Of a DNA stretch of 64,000 nt, positions 45,993 to 59,143 are shown in pieces. The stretch lies in the NCBI GenBank assembly GCA_002633005.1, contig NMRA01000047.1, positions 1,079,326 to 1,143,325 on the forward strand, read 5' to 3'. Under the pieces are notes generated by a model. The model was not told the DNA's origin and ran no database searches. It saw only the letters and a list, made by a program, of their open reading frames with translations. Source of the DNA: Phoronis australis (Eukaryota > Animalia > Phoronida). Made by a program: the position numbers and the translations under genes. Position 1 is the first letter of the stretch. Each line of letters starts with the position of its first letter.

Positions 45993-47469
45993 CTCCAACA
46001 GCTGTAGAAAACATATTGGCATGATAATAAAAAGGAATATAGGCAAAAGTCATTTACAGAGGATCTGGATTTTGACAACCAGCCTGATGCCCGTTATGCG
46101 GTGCAGAAAACTGGTCCTAAAAATGCAGGACCTTCTAAGTGACTATCACCCAATGTAGAAAGTCGGACTGAGAACCTGGATATAATGTGAATTTGATTTC
46201 TGGGGGTAATATTTTAAAGAAAATATGTTACCCAGCTTTTTCTAAAGTATTAAGGTAACAGTCCCTTACAGAGGGTCCATGGTTTTCTCCACTGAATAAT
46301 GGGCATCAAATGAAACTGGTTTTCAAAATGTGGGACCCTTGTTAGTTTCTATTGCTAAAAACTGCCACGTTGCCATTGCTGAACAATCTGCTTATAAGAA
46401 TATCAGACAGCTCAAGTTATCCATCGGAAAAGGTTTGAAGTATTATGCCCAGCCAAGCAGTTTTTCAGTGACGAAAACACAAATGTTTTAGCCAGAGAGA
46501 CAAGATGTCCAGAATGAGTCAGGTTTTCCAACAGTTAATTTGTTTTCTCATTTTCTGTATAATTTGTAAGCAAGAAGTCATGCACAGGATATAGTAAAGT
46601 TTCCTGAATTTTGAAGAAACATAATTGCAAAAATAGTCACAATGTTCCATAATTCAATATCTCACTGCATTGTCAACAATGCTCAAAATTCCATCATTTG
46701 TTTGTAGTTGATGTACAATATAAATGTGTTTATCTTTATAGAAAATTTTTCATATAATAAAATTTCATCGTTCTGCCATATCGCGTTCTAAATTGAGAGA
46801 GAAATGGACACCAGATTTCATATTTCCCTGTCATGAGCATTTGTAGTTACAGGAATGAGGCTGATATTCGTCTCCAAAATCAAGGGATTGAGGGTGTTGA
46901 ACTGAGCAAAAAAATTTGCGACACAGGTGATTAGGAGATTTAATGTAAAATCAATACATTTAGTGGAGTGTTGGGTGATTGGGGTCTGCTCCCAGTTTTC
47001 TAACAGGAGTGTATAATATGTTTTGTAAAATACTAGCAGTCGCTCACCAGTGCCGTAGGTTTGATCAGTGACAGTGGAACATTGACAGTTGCTCTTGGCC
47101 AATGACATTGATTGACACAGCGTCTTTTGACCACTGCCAAACAGCTCCACAAAGACACAGGGAACTAGATGGATTCCCATGCGAGTCTCTGATGATAACA
47201 CACACAAGATTTCTCTGAGTATCTTCCCACTTTTGGAAAGCCGTCGGAAAACACCAGATCCAACCCCGGGGTCAACCAGTGCAAAACCCAGCACAGAGCT
47301 GGTCAAAACATCGTCGGTCGGGACGTTGATCCCGGGACGTGGGTCGATACACAGGAACATTCCAGACCTAAACTCGCCCAGTATAATGACATACGTATTC
47401 AAACGTCAACTAACGACTAAAAATGTCAACTTCTAATCTACAATAAATACTTTGAATCCAGACACTAAC

Positions 47470-47540
47470 CTGCTAACCGGCTAAGCAGTGAAACACGTGC
47501 AACGCCACCTTTTATAGTTTTTAGCGACATCTATCGGTCA
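47470..47540 (-). promoter_or_regulatory. Candidate PFAS core promoter and short non-coding first exon
   Basis: TATAAAAG (47516-47509), E-box CACGTG (47494-47499), Inr-like TCACT (~47489), donor CAG|GTTAGT at 47470, CTCF-like TGACCGATAGATGTCGCTA (47522-47540). Confidence 0.55.
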
Positions 47541-47605
47541 CGCACTAAGTTATATTGAAGATGGTAGACTATCTGATTACACCAGTTCGTTCAGACGAAG
47601 CGCAT

Positions 47606-47646
47606 AAACAGTAAACACTGTACAACGTAAACAGTAAACACTGTAC
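47606..47646. repeat. 22-bp direct repeat x2 containing forkhead-like (G)TAAACA sites
   Basis: TAAACAGTAAACACTGTACA occurs twice. Confidence 0.75.
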
Positions 47647-50600
47647 ATTAAGTCCAGCAATGGACATGAAGGTATACTATATTAGTAAGAAAAGATAAAA
47701 ATATAAGTACAAAACAAGAAATTAGAATGAAAACTAATTTATGCCACCCGACTGAAAAAAATGTGTTGACGAAGTTTTTTGGAATATAGTACGATGACAG
47801 ACAGACATTACAACTCGTCGTGAAATAGGGTTGCATAAAATGCTGATATCAAGCGTTGAAATTGTGTCAAGATTTTTTCCCAGTGGCTTCGAGCGTACCG
47901 GGTCTCATGCGGGTCTTTGATGTGCCAAGCCCGGAGTGTGTCAAGTAGATCATCTTCATTGCATTTTTGGCCGACTGGTGTTGTATCCTCCTATTGTGAA
48001 ATCAGGATACCCATATTTCTAGAAATTTAGCAAAACAAAACAGCTGGAAGAATACAGCGAGGGCCTTTGACTTCTGCGACTAGAGGTTCCCTTTGACCTG
48101 TCAGCTTCCAGCCACCGGAAAGTTCCAGTGAGAAGATTTTACTATCAGCTCACTACTACTGCAAACATGACCACCAATACCCTTCAGCTTATCGTCAGTA
48201 GGTGTACATATGGGGAGAGGATTTGTTCCCAATATATTCTATTGAACCCACTCGCAGAACGAAGGCACTTCAGGTAATTCAGGTAGCTCGATTAAAAGAG
48301 AGTCCCATTTTCTGGCCGGACTTGCTGTGAAAAAGTTTTATTCGTTGAACAAAAATTGAACTAAAAACTGAACCTTTCAAATTGTAGTTTTTATAGCAAT
48401 AAACATAAAAATATAAAGCCTTTTTTTTTCAAAATGTGCACTTTCTTAAAGAACTTGATCGAAAAACACTTTCTTTGTTACAGTAAAGCCTTGGTGTGCA
48501 ACCCTAACTCGATCTCCCGCCATCTGAGCAACAGTCTCGTAAATGTCTCTAATGTGAGTTTCTCCTTGTGAGAGGAGGAGCAGCCCTGAAATGCCTATGA
48601 TTGGCCAAGATACAGTGAGCAAGTGTATCGCTTATATTCCATATCTTTACGACGCTTTCAATGCAGGCACAATACCCAATCGAAATTCGATCGAGTACTC
48701 TCGCGCCTTTCTAGGCTCAGTCGGAAACATGCAAACTAGATACTTCATCTGTATATAATAGAATACTAGTTATAACTGTGTGTATATTATTTGAATGCCA
48801 CTGAGTGGTAACAACGGTTAAAATTTTTGAAGGTTCACCCTCGACGAGTTTTCAATTATCTCAGCAACTACGAAGAACTTCTTAGATCGTGAACAGTGTA
48901 AGCATAGCCCAACCAAATCATAACTTCTTGAATTGTCCTTGTGTAGCCTTGCTAGCTCAGATTATCCAGGAATAGTTTTAGGTCTGTCCTCACGTGCCGC
49001 TGCTGTCTGCCTAACAACTAAGGAGACCGACTTTCATTGTAGCGTAGGATCCGGGGAGCATTCTTCCATCCACTATTTTTGACAAGAGTGTGCGTATTGG
49101 AAATATAAATGCCCGCCCTTTTGGAAATTCAACAATAATATTGAGAACCCTCCCTTTTGATGAAATAGAACCAATAAAAAGGCCTATTTGTAAAAGTCAC
49201 CCTAGCGCACACGCTGGTTCATACATTATAATCCTTTTTAAAAATCTCGACACTTTCAGAAGACCATTTATTTGATTTTTGATTAAACAAAGCTTTGAGC
49301 CTAAAAAGTACAACACTAACGATACATTGTATTTGTTATCACATCACATATTAGCAATGAGATCATTTACAAATTGTTGATTAATTATAGGCATATTCTT
49401 AAAGACGTTGTAATTTGCTGAAGAAAAATTATATAAGCTATTTTTCGGAAACAGTTTTCTGACTTAAATGTCACTTTTTATGAAACGAAGTACATTTCCC
49501 GGTGGCACGACTCAACTCTTCTTTGCATTTGTATCGTTTTTTATTAACAAATTTTCATTTTTTTCTATCAATTTATTTTTATTTGATTGATGAGGTTTCT
49601 AAAAACATATCTAAAAATCGAGTCATTGTTTCAATGAAAATAGACCTTAATAAGGCCTTAGAACTCAACTTAAATTTCACTCTCAGTGTGCATAAAAGCA
49701 AACGATTGAGATTACAATCAATGTTTGCTTAAGTTCACAAGTCCAGTGAAAACTTAAGAAATATAGTTGAATCCCTATTTGGGAGTGTCTGATGCAACCG
49801 AGTACTCGACAGTGTCCATCAAACCGTAAGAAGAATCCAAAACCTCTCTTTGCTGAGTTTAAACAATTACCATTTTGTAGAGCTCATAACCTAAAGTGAA
49901 CGTCTTTATAAGAAACGTAGTCGGAAACGGTACCTCACGAGTCTGTCGTGAAAACCTCTACCATCTGCAGACACTACACAAGCCGCCCTCTGGTAGATTT
50001 AGCGTGCCTGAAGGGAGGTTCAACCATGACCGCGACATACCACCCTAAAATGTCATACTAGCATTTTTGGATCACGTCTGGTCCCTTTAAATCCGTCCGC
50101 GTTACCTTTACATTGCGGGTGATGTCTGCTAAGAAGAAGGTCCTTCTTTAACTACGGATTTCCCGCGAAAAATTGACAACAGTGTGAAATGATGACAGAT
50201 AGAAAGTTTGTGAAGACGCCCGAGGACAGAATGGCGACCGATCATTAGAAGTTGAAAACAGGAAATTAACTCAAACAAACCGGTGGTTTAGAAATTAAGC
50301 GGCCACAAAATGTTGAGATATTTTGCATCCTTCCCCTCCCCAGTGAACACCTAAATAGTAAAACAGAGTCCCTCCAAAGGCGCAGAGGCCCTAAGGTGTT
50401 TGGACCCCTCTCTCAGCCATTTTTATTGCAGTACTGAGCTGAGGCATATATAGTCCCCACTTGTTACACCGCTATGTCCTGGATCTATATCTCTTTTACG
50501 ACGTACTGAACTCCTCTTGGCGCTGTTTTGATTCTGATTAACGTAAATGGGACAGTTTACATCCGGGACATGTTACATCATGACAAATTCTTACCACTTA

Positions 50601-53600
50601 GTATAATTGACACAGACGGTATTCTGTTTTGGCGTGTTTATGTTAGCAAGAGACAGCGAGCCGGAAAGCTAGGGGTACAGACAAAATGATATGTCTGAGG
50701 CGAAATTATTGGGGTGGGGAAATACGATAATAAATTATGTCATAGATAAAGCGAACGTTTCAATTTACTGAATTTGATTAAAAAGTTACGATGTGAATCA
50801 TATGGATAACACCAAAAGTATGAAAAGCCAATTAACAAAATAAAATAAATGGTTAATTTCTTAGTTCATTAATAAAACTTGCACACTTTGTTGCAAGTGT
50901 TCTTTTTAAGAAAATTTGTTTATTTGGGAAAGAACAATTACCTCTATTCAATTATCAGCAAGAACAAAATTTTTCTCAGTTGTAATTTTACGTTCTTGGG
51001 TGTTTTACAAACTTTATTTTAAATTCAAATTTAATTTTAAGTTATGGTTTATTAACTGTACGCTAATCTATTCTAAAACAAACTTTTTAAAATCACGTGA
51101 ACATGCATTTCGCACCTACTCCAAAAATATTGCAAGTCCACAACTTTCTACAAGTTTTTACATTTATTTTTAAAAATAACGAATTAATCAGAAAATTTTG
51201 ATGGAAACAAAATGTAATCATACGAGAGTTGATTTTTCCAAAGATTTCTAGACAATTCTATGATTTTTCAGCGAAAATTTTGACACAGTTTTTCTTGCAC
51301 GTCCAAAGAGATTTGATAGCTAAAAATTAAATTGTTAATTTGTTTTTTAAAGTTTGGTTCTAAAAAAATCCAAATTAGCTTATTCCTTTCGCCTCTTATT
51401 TACATTAAAAATAATATAACTCAGTGGCATATGCGGTTTCAAAAACATAATTCACAACGTGACAGCATAGCTTTACGCTGACGAACGTCACTTGGTCAGA
51501 CGTTTAACGTTAAGCAGATACTCGCCTCGTTTTTTGATACTCATCTAGACCCGATCAATTGGAGTCAATTTGATTTTGTGATAGTTAAGATAGCTTGCAG
51601 GCCCTCCAAATTGGATTATACCGTGACCAAAGAGAAAATTTCGTTCGACTGTTTTCGTCATCAACGCCAAAGCGAAGCGGCTTGCTGGCAACGGCGGGGG
51701 GAAATCGGTGGCAGTGAATCAGAAGCGAATGAAAGCTTTATGCATTCTAAAAGCTTCTGAACACTTACTCAAGAGTCTGATTTCTGTGAATTCAGACTCC
51801 TACGTCGAGTCGTAACCCACCAAAAGAAGAAGACTTTCAAATTTCTTGACATTATTTGGTTCGCCCTTCTTTGCTTGTTACCAATTAAACGAAAAGCTCC
51901 GCTGTTTTACTCAGTGTTCAAACGGTGACAGAAGAAAAAGTACCAGTTTCTACTAGCCGTCTAGGGCAATACCAGTGAAAATATCGAAAGAATTTCCCAT
52001 ACATTACGAGCTAAGCGGATAATGCTGATAGCGGTTTTATATTGATGATCACCATCATATAATTATCCAATATCATTGTGAATTGTTGTGCCTGTTGAGC
52101 CGTAACAATGACCGTTTTAAGCAGCTGGAATTTGAAACAACATTGACAACCAATTGTTTAGAACAGCCCTCACTAAAATGGTAATATTTTTATCTCTCGA
52201 AGTGACGTATTAGTAGTGCTCCAAAAAGTAGAAACTAAACATATTTACGTTCCTGTAAGTGGTTCAAAAGAAAATTCGTCACAAACAACTACTTTTTATT
52301 TCTGCGTTTATTTACCAATAACTTATCAAAACGAATGAGGTTCTACCCCGCAATTGTAAGAAAACAATGCCTTTTTCAAATTTTACAATAAAACGTTTTA
52401 CACAGGTCAACGAGATTACCACTTCGTCGGTGTCGTCTTATGAGAAAGTTGTTTTCTTTTCTGGAGATTAAAGTGAAATGATTTATTAGTAAAACAGTGG
52501 TCTTCGTGTAATCTGTTGTAAATAACCGTAATTTGATCAAGTCGTTAGGCTTATCACAAATTCGATAATAAAGTCGTTAAATAATCATAAATATACATTA
52601 AAAGCGTTTGAAGTTTATTGTCCAATCTGTTCCGACAGACACGGTAGAATAATTAGTTCTCCGTCCTGGTTAACAACGACGTTAATTCAAAAAGACAAAT
52701 ACGACCCAGGATAGTTTCTGTGGTACAAATCTTATTTCTTCTACGATTTGAAATGTTGCTGCTTCGAGATTATTTTTTGTTACACAACCGCCACTTCATA
52801 TAACATGCATGCTTTACACGTCTATGGAGTACGCCTAAACTTACGCTTTTTCTTAAATGAAAAATGCAAATGGCATTGTGTTTATACTTGTGCTTCGAAA
52901 TCGGAAAAAATGGATACTTATGCACACAAATTATGCGTCGAGAATTTCAATACTGATCTTCGTGATGTCACTAAAGGAGACCAATTTTTTAAAGGCTCTT
53001 CAAAGAACAAAGTTTAATCGATTTAAGGACCCCGAAATTGGATGAAAAATGTTTTTGTATCAACCTCTTTCATCTGTTATATATTTTATCAACACCAAAG
53101 ATTTTATGCAAGTAAAATATGATATAATATTAAGAAATTAACCGCCTCATTTTCTTATTACGTGTACAAATGGTGATCTCTGACCTTGAAACGTATTCAG
53201 TTTACCGAGTTCAAATGCCGGAATTATCGAACGGTATTACACGCCCAGAGAACCAGAAATATGAGATGCTTCTATCACAAGAAATCGTTAACATTTGATA
53301 TTTAACTAACAATCCCCTTCCCTTCCATAAAATATATTGCGATATGTTCTACACACTTCTAACGAAAATGTGTAAAAACACACAAACACAATGCATTAAA
53401 ATTGTAACAAAATCTTTCGCTTAGACCCATGAATTAGAGTCACAATAATATAAACCCTGATCTGTACTTCTCACACTAATGACCATGGTAACCAACCAAC
53501 AAAGACGTGTATCGTGCTCGAATTTAGGCACAGGCGACTGTATTCAAAAGTTACGTATATAAGCGAATGTGCCTTATAGGCGCAGGGTTCCATGCACACA

Positions 53601-55434
53601 CGACGTGCAAATCCTAAACTGGGCGTTATTCTTGTGTTTTTCCCCATTCTAAACACTTTTCATTCAATTGTTATTTTTAAGCATAATAGCTCGCAGACGT
53701 TTAATATTTTGTTGGGAAAAGTCAAGTTTCACTAATATTTTAGAAATTAGCTCTCACAAATAAGCGCGTGTGCCTAATTCCAGATATAGAAGGACTCGTC
53801 TAATTCTACTGAATAATAGGCGCAGCTTCAAATATAGGCGCATGGGCGGCACATATAGGGTGACAGATTTGTTTCAGGAACGCAAATCTGCAAAATTGTC
53901 TAAAGCCACTGTTTACACAGGTTCTACCGTAACCATTCCCATTTCGCGCATCGTAATCGTGTTTCGCTACATAGCTGACGTTTGTCTTAATGATAACGTA
54001 AATTCTTTGGCATTAGGTTCAATCATTTTACGACTATGAGTTCGCCACGGTGAGTGGTTACCGTGAAAACGAACCTAAGACGGCCGGATCTGGCAAATGT
54101 AAAGACGTCAGCCACACAAAATCGCCACACTGAGAGTTTATGTGGGAGAAAAAAATCGACAAATAATCTGCTACAGGAAAAACACGCGAACAGGTGAGGA
54201 GGAAAGCAGTGATCAGACTACTCCGGGACTTGTGCATTCGAGAATGTCGCGTGTTTGCTCTGTACAAAGTGCAAACAAACGTTTTGATGATGCCCAGCGA
54301 AACTTGGGTTTTGCGAGTTTGATTGTGTTACTAACTTACGTAGTTCTAGATCAGAATACTCAGGGTGAAATGTGCAAATGAACTTTTGCGTGCGGTAGCG
54401 AAAAATGGCTTATTAATAATCAAATGTCTGTCGTTTTTTAGTGGTGGATATCAAATTTGGTCTGACAAATGAAAATCTATAATCCCGTAGGCTTGCCTGT
54501 CCAATAAATGTGCCCACCCGTTTTCAATTTTCGGGATTCCTGACAGTAGAGTGTAAAACAAAAAATAACTGTCGCAAATCATACATTTTATTGCGATCAA
54601 GCACGTGTGTGAAATTCTTACTTTTCTATTTTGGCGACCCCAGATAAGAAAGTCTGCAGAGTTCTCGTCAGTTAGCTAGACGTGGTCGCGCTACATTGGC
54701 AATAAAAGTGTCAAACGGGTTTTTTGTCACTTTTACTCATTTCAACATTCAGTATTTTTGCAGATGACAATCACAAGTATTATGTTGTCGTCTATATCAT
54801 AAAGAGTTTTATGTAAAAATGTGGACAGAGAATTGAACAGGAGCTACATGAGCAGTCAATCTCGTGCAATGGCTCAAAATTTTTATATAGTGAACATGTA
54901 AAACCACTGGGGTTCAGTTTCATTATTATGAAATCAATGTTAAAGGACTTTACTATTAAACGAAGCGTGCAGCTTTTAAGCCGTGATATGCAAGGTTGCT
55001 GCCAATTAATTGTTTGTAAGTAACTTTCAGAAATAAATTCACAACTTTCTGAATTACTGTACAAGAAAGTCGCTTTCTAATGTTCCAGCAAAGGCAAAGT
55101 ATTAGTCAAGTGATGTAACTGATCGCATAACTTAATTTTTGAGTACTTTTTACTGTTTGTATTTTAACCCGCCAGCAATTCAAAGTGAATTATTCGAAGA
55201 TAGTAACTAATTAGTGATTCATGCAGTGACTGTACGTTAGTTACGGACTGAAATACTTAGATGGGCGATCACGTGTCCTAAGCAGCTAATTAAGATATAC
55301 TGTATACAGATAGTATGCAAACTTGGCAAAAGGTTCGACTGTTGTTCAGCTTCTTAATTGGTGATACGCTGAAAGACAGAAATGAAGACTTGGCAATAGG
55401 AAATTAATAAAGACTGTTAATGAAAATTAATTCA

Positions 55435-55495
55435 AATAATTAAAACCAACCCCACCGAATCCGCCTTTTAATCGGTGGGGTTGGTTTTAATTATT
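55435..55495. repeat. Perfect 24-bp inverted repeat with 13-nt spacer
   Basis: AATAATTAAAACCAACCCCACCGA / TCGGTGGGGTTGGTTTTAATTATT. Confidence 0.92.
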
Positions 55496-58400
55496 AGTGT
55501 TTAAAAATGTTGTCTTAAATACGGAAACAACTTTTCGCTCAGCTCACTAAACGCCATTCGAACAATTTCCGACCACAGATAAATACTCCGTTTGTACAAG
55601 TAAAAATGAGAATCAATGATGCATTGTAAGAAACTACAAGTTAAAAAATATGAAATAAAAAGTCTCCGAATTGGCTATCCTCTACTCCGTCTCTCTCAAA
55701 TCACTCAATTTTCATCGGTCAATGTTCTTACAGTGGCGGAACCGAGGTTATTTCCCTCCGTTATGGATGCCACTGAACTTCGGGACACGTGCAGTGAATT
55801 TAAGATGAAGTTATTATTTTCGGTTCACTTAAAACCCTGCAGGAATTAACCCGAATTAAAATTTATTACTTGGTCTGTGTTGGTCTCTACACGTGTGGTA
55901 AGACTAGCGTCGGTGGACTTCACCACTCGATTCATGCCGACACCGTCAAGAACGCTCAGTTTGTGGTGAGGTTCGACTCATACGCAGAGGCTTCGACGGC
56001 ATACGTGCTTTTATGAATTTGTCATGCTTAACCACGCGTTTAATTTTGAAATATGCATTTTGTAAAGAACGATAAGTGAGTGGTCAATTTTTTTACATCA
56101 CATAGATATAGTTTTGCCACGGAGACGCTGTTGGGATTTTGAGAACACTGCAATTTTAACGATATATCCTACACCGTACAAGTGTACTTGCAAAAAATGT
56201 CTTGTGCAATTCTTGATTGAATTAATGCCAGTTTGTTATTGAAACTTTTTTAATAATCAGAAAAATAATAAATGAATGAAGAAAACACTTGAAATGTTTT
56301 GGGACCAACAGTTGTCATGAGAATTACATAATATAAAAGTTCAAAATTTCATAGCATTGTTCGAAAATAAAATTGAATTTTTGAATAAATGAGACACCAT
56401 CATCTTGAAGTTCAGGGTCCGGGGTCTAATTTTTGTACTGTAAATTGAACTCGAAATAACTTTTGATATTTTCCATTCTACCTTTGTGCTAACTAAAGAC
56501 AAGTATCTATTATTCTGTACTCGAGTAGAGTATGCAATGATTTTCGTGGGCGATTGTCTAATCCTAGTTTTCAATTGACGAATCCAACATTAAAACGATA
56601 AGTTCGAGTATAAACCCGCAATTTTGAATTCTTCATCCAGTTTTTAATCAAGTTATATGGCATAAATCTAGGTGTCGTCAAGTGTATTCATGGATTAGAC
56701 ATTCATCTGCATAAACCATTATGTATTCGACAACAGAATAATAGATACATGTCTTGATTTTGAAGTAAAGGAGAACGGGAATGTAAGTACGAAGATTAGA
56801 CCCCGGGCCTCAGAACGTAACTTTTTGCTGGATTTGACGAAATTTGCTTTTCGCTCTGATTACGGAGTTTTTATCTATGTGTCCTCATGGAGCCTGCGTT
56901 CATGTTGTGTAAATATTCCAAAAACATTACCATCTGTAGACCTCAGAGAAATCTGCCTATGCAAATGATGATAAATCAGCCAATAACAAAACGCCAGCGC
57001 CCTCTGCTGAAGGATATTTAAATAGCGTTCTCATTTTCAGAATAATTTGATCAGCAACCTTTATGATACTGATGCTTAAAATAATCAAATCAAGGAATGG
57101 GTTGACTACGCACAAAATAAATAGGCAAAACCTCATTTCAAGTGTTAGTGCCATGTTCAGTTTTTTAAACCCATTAATAAAATAAACCCGACTGTGGATT
57201 TTTGACGGACTGTTACACCGAGAAAACGTAAGATGAAGCGAAAAATCATTTTATGTAAAAACATAATTTATTAAAGAAAATAATACATATACTATATTTA
57301 TCAAAACAACTTGTCAAATACGTATCAATTCAAATCTACGCTACTTAAGAAATGTTTCGAATCGGAAACAGCCATAGAACTGTGAAGTGGATCTCCCAAT
57401 GATATCTCACTTTCAGAGATTTTCACACGGATTTCGCAGCAGTGATTAACGCCCTGCCGTCCATCCACTTGAGAAAGCTACGATAAACGCAGTGTTCTTT
57501 ACAAAAAACAGACCACTGAAAACATCGAATTAGTCAAGACTCCGACACTAACACGGAGGAGAGGATCAGTATAGAATGACTCAATAATTTGGACTCTCGC
57601 TAATGCGAAACAACGAACGATACGTCAAGCCATTAGCAGTTTGCAAAGATGACATTGTTATGTATACATTTCTACCTAAGACCAAGGTAAAGTTCAATAC
57701 CTGTCTCACGGCGAGAAAATCTTGCCAAAATCACGTAGTCTCATTGAAATACAAGGAAATATCTCACAAAATTTCGCGATATCTTACCTTTTTAGCGAGG
57801 CCCTACCGAGGTCTTAAGGTTATTGAAATCGACCAAACTCATAATGGAAATCTTCCAAGATCCCCCACACTCACAACCTCACGGAATTAGGAGCGAAAAA
57901 TCGAAGCAACTTTTAATATATTTTCCGACTACTCATAGTTTATCAGCCATGGTCTTAATTTTAAACAGATAGATGTGTAATGTAATTAGCACCCAGTAAT
58001 TAGACTGGTGTATATACATTAAGAACACTGGCGTATTTTAAAAAAACAGCGTTTGTCACACATAATAGTGACATAGCAAGCCAGGAAAACGCACCACGAG
58101 TCGCATCGCTTTATAGTATGCTAATACAACTATGTCGTGGATGAAGTATCTATAAATCATATTTCCCCCTGAAAATGCCTAACTTTAAACCCAGCCTTAA
58201 ACTTAAATGAAGCAAAAAGCAAAGACAAAAGAAAGCAACAGAAGTTTTGTAATTTTTCAAACGAATTCTACAAAAGAAAGCGTTTTGAGAACTACATACG
58301 TTTATTAGGATCCCGAAATTGTTTTGATAAACACGCACGCGGCGAAGACAGATTTTGAACTATTAGCGCGCATTAGCATTGCTAGGTTACACAAAGTCTA

Positions 58401-59084
58401 GATCAAAAACGCGATAATATTTTTTCAAGACACACTAGGAATGCTTCTGGCTTATGTCTGTCGGATGCCTCTTTGTTTCGGGAGGTAAAAAAACGTCACT
58501 GGAAATTTAATCAAAGAGAGTTGTCCCTCCTAGTTTTACACACGCACACACACCGCGCTTTATTTTAACATTTAATATATTTTCTTGAACATCAAAGCAG
58601 TTGTCTTCAACTATTGTTCAATTAATAATGTCGTAACGACAAACCCTAATTATTATTTCCATTTTAACGTTTTTAACAGATTTTCAGAGGATGTAAAATT
58701 TCATTTCTTCACTATCAGCATTAGTATAACAGTAGAACTGTAGCCTCACAGTGCTAGTAGAAATATGAAAGGAAATGGACTTATCAGATCTGATTTTGCC
58801 ACATCCTTTCATTTTTATTTATTACAAGAATTTCACTTTTTACCGCACGTGCCAATACCTTGAGTTGGAAAACCTGCTATGCAGAAATGTAGAGTACGGG
58901 GAAAAATGACCACAGCACCTTCTCATTTGAAACGAGCTTTTCACAAAAATGAGCTTGGAAAAAAGACTAAATTATATACTGAATATGGTATTGCCCAGAC
59001 AATACCACACTCTCGAATGCATTATTAAGTATATATGATATACATGTACCACTAAAAATAACGCAGTCAGTGGTCTATCCTATA

Positions 59085-59087
59085 TGT

Positions 59088-59141
<54 letters not shown>
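59085..59141. repeat. (TG)n microsatellite
   Basis: Read directly. Confidence 0.97.

Positions 59142-59143
<2 letters not shown>

Noticed and set aside
46818-47402. 194-aa ORF as an independent protein-coding gene
   Set aside because: It starts at TTG, has no recognisable domain and lies within the PFAS 5' region; kept only as a possible uORF.
51470-51515. Hammerhead-like CUGACGA-ACGUC...GACGU-UUAACGUU
   Set aside because: The GAAA box has two mismatches and there is no adjacent stem I; it could be chance.
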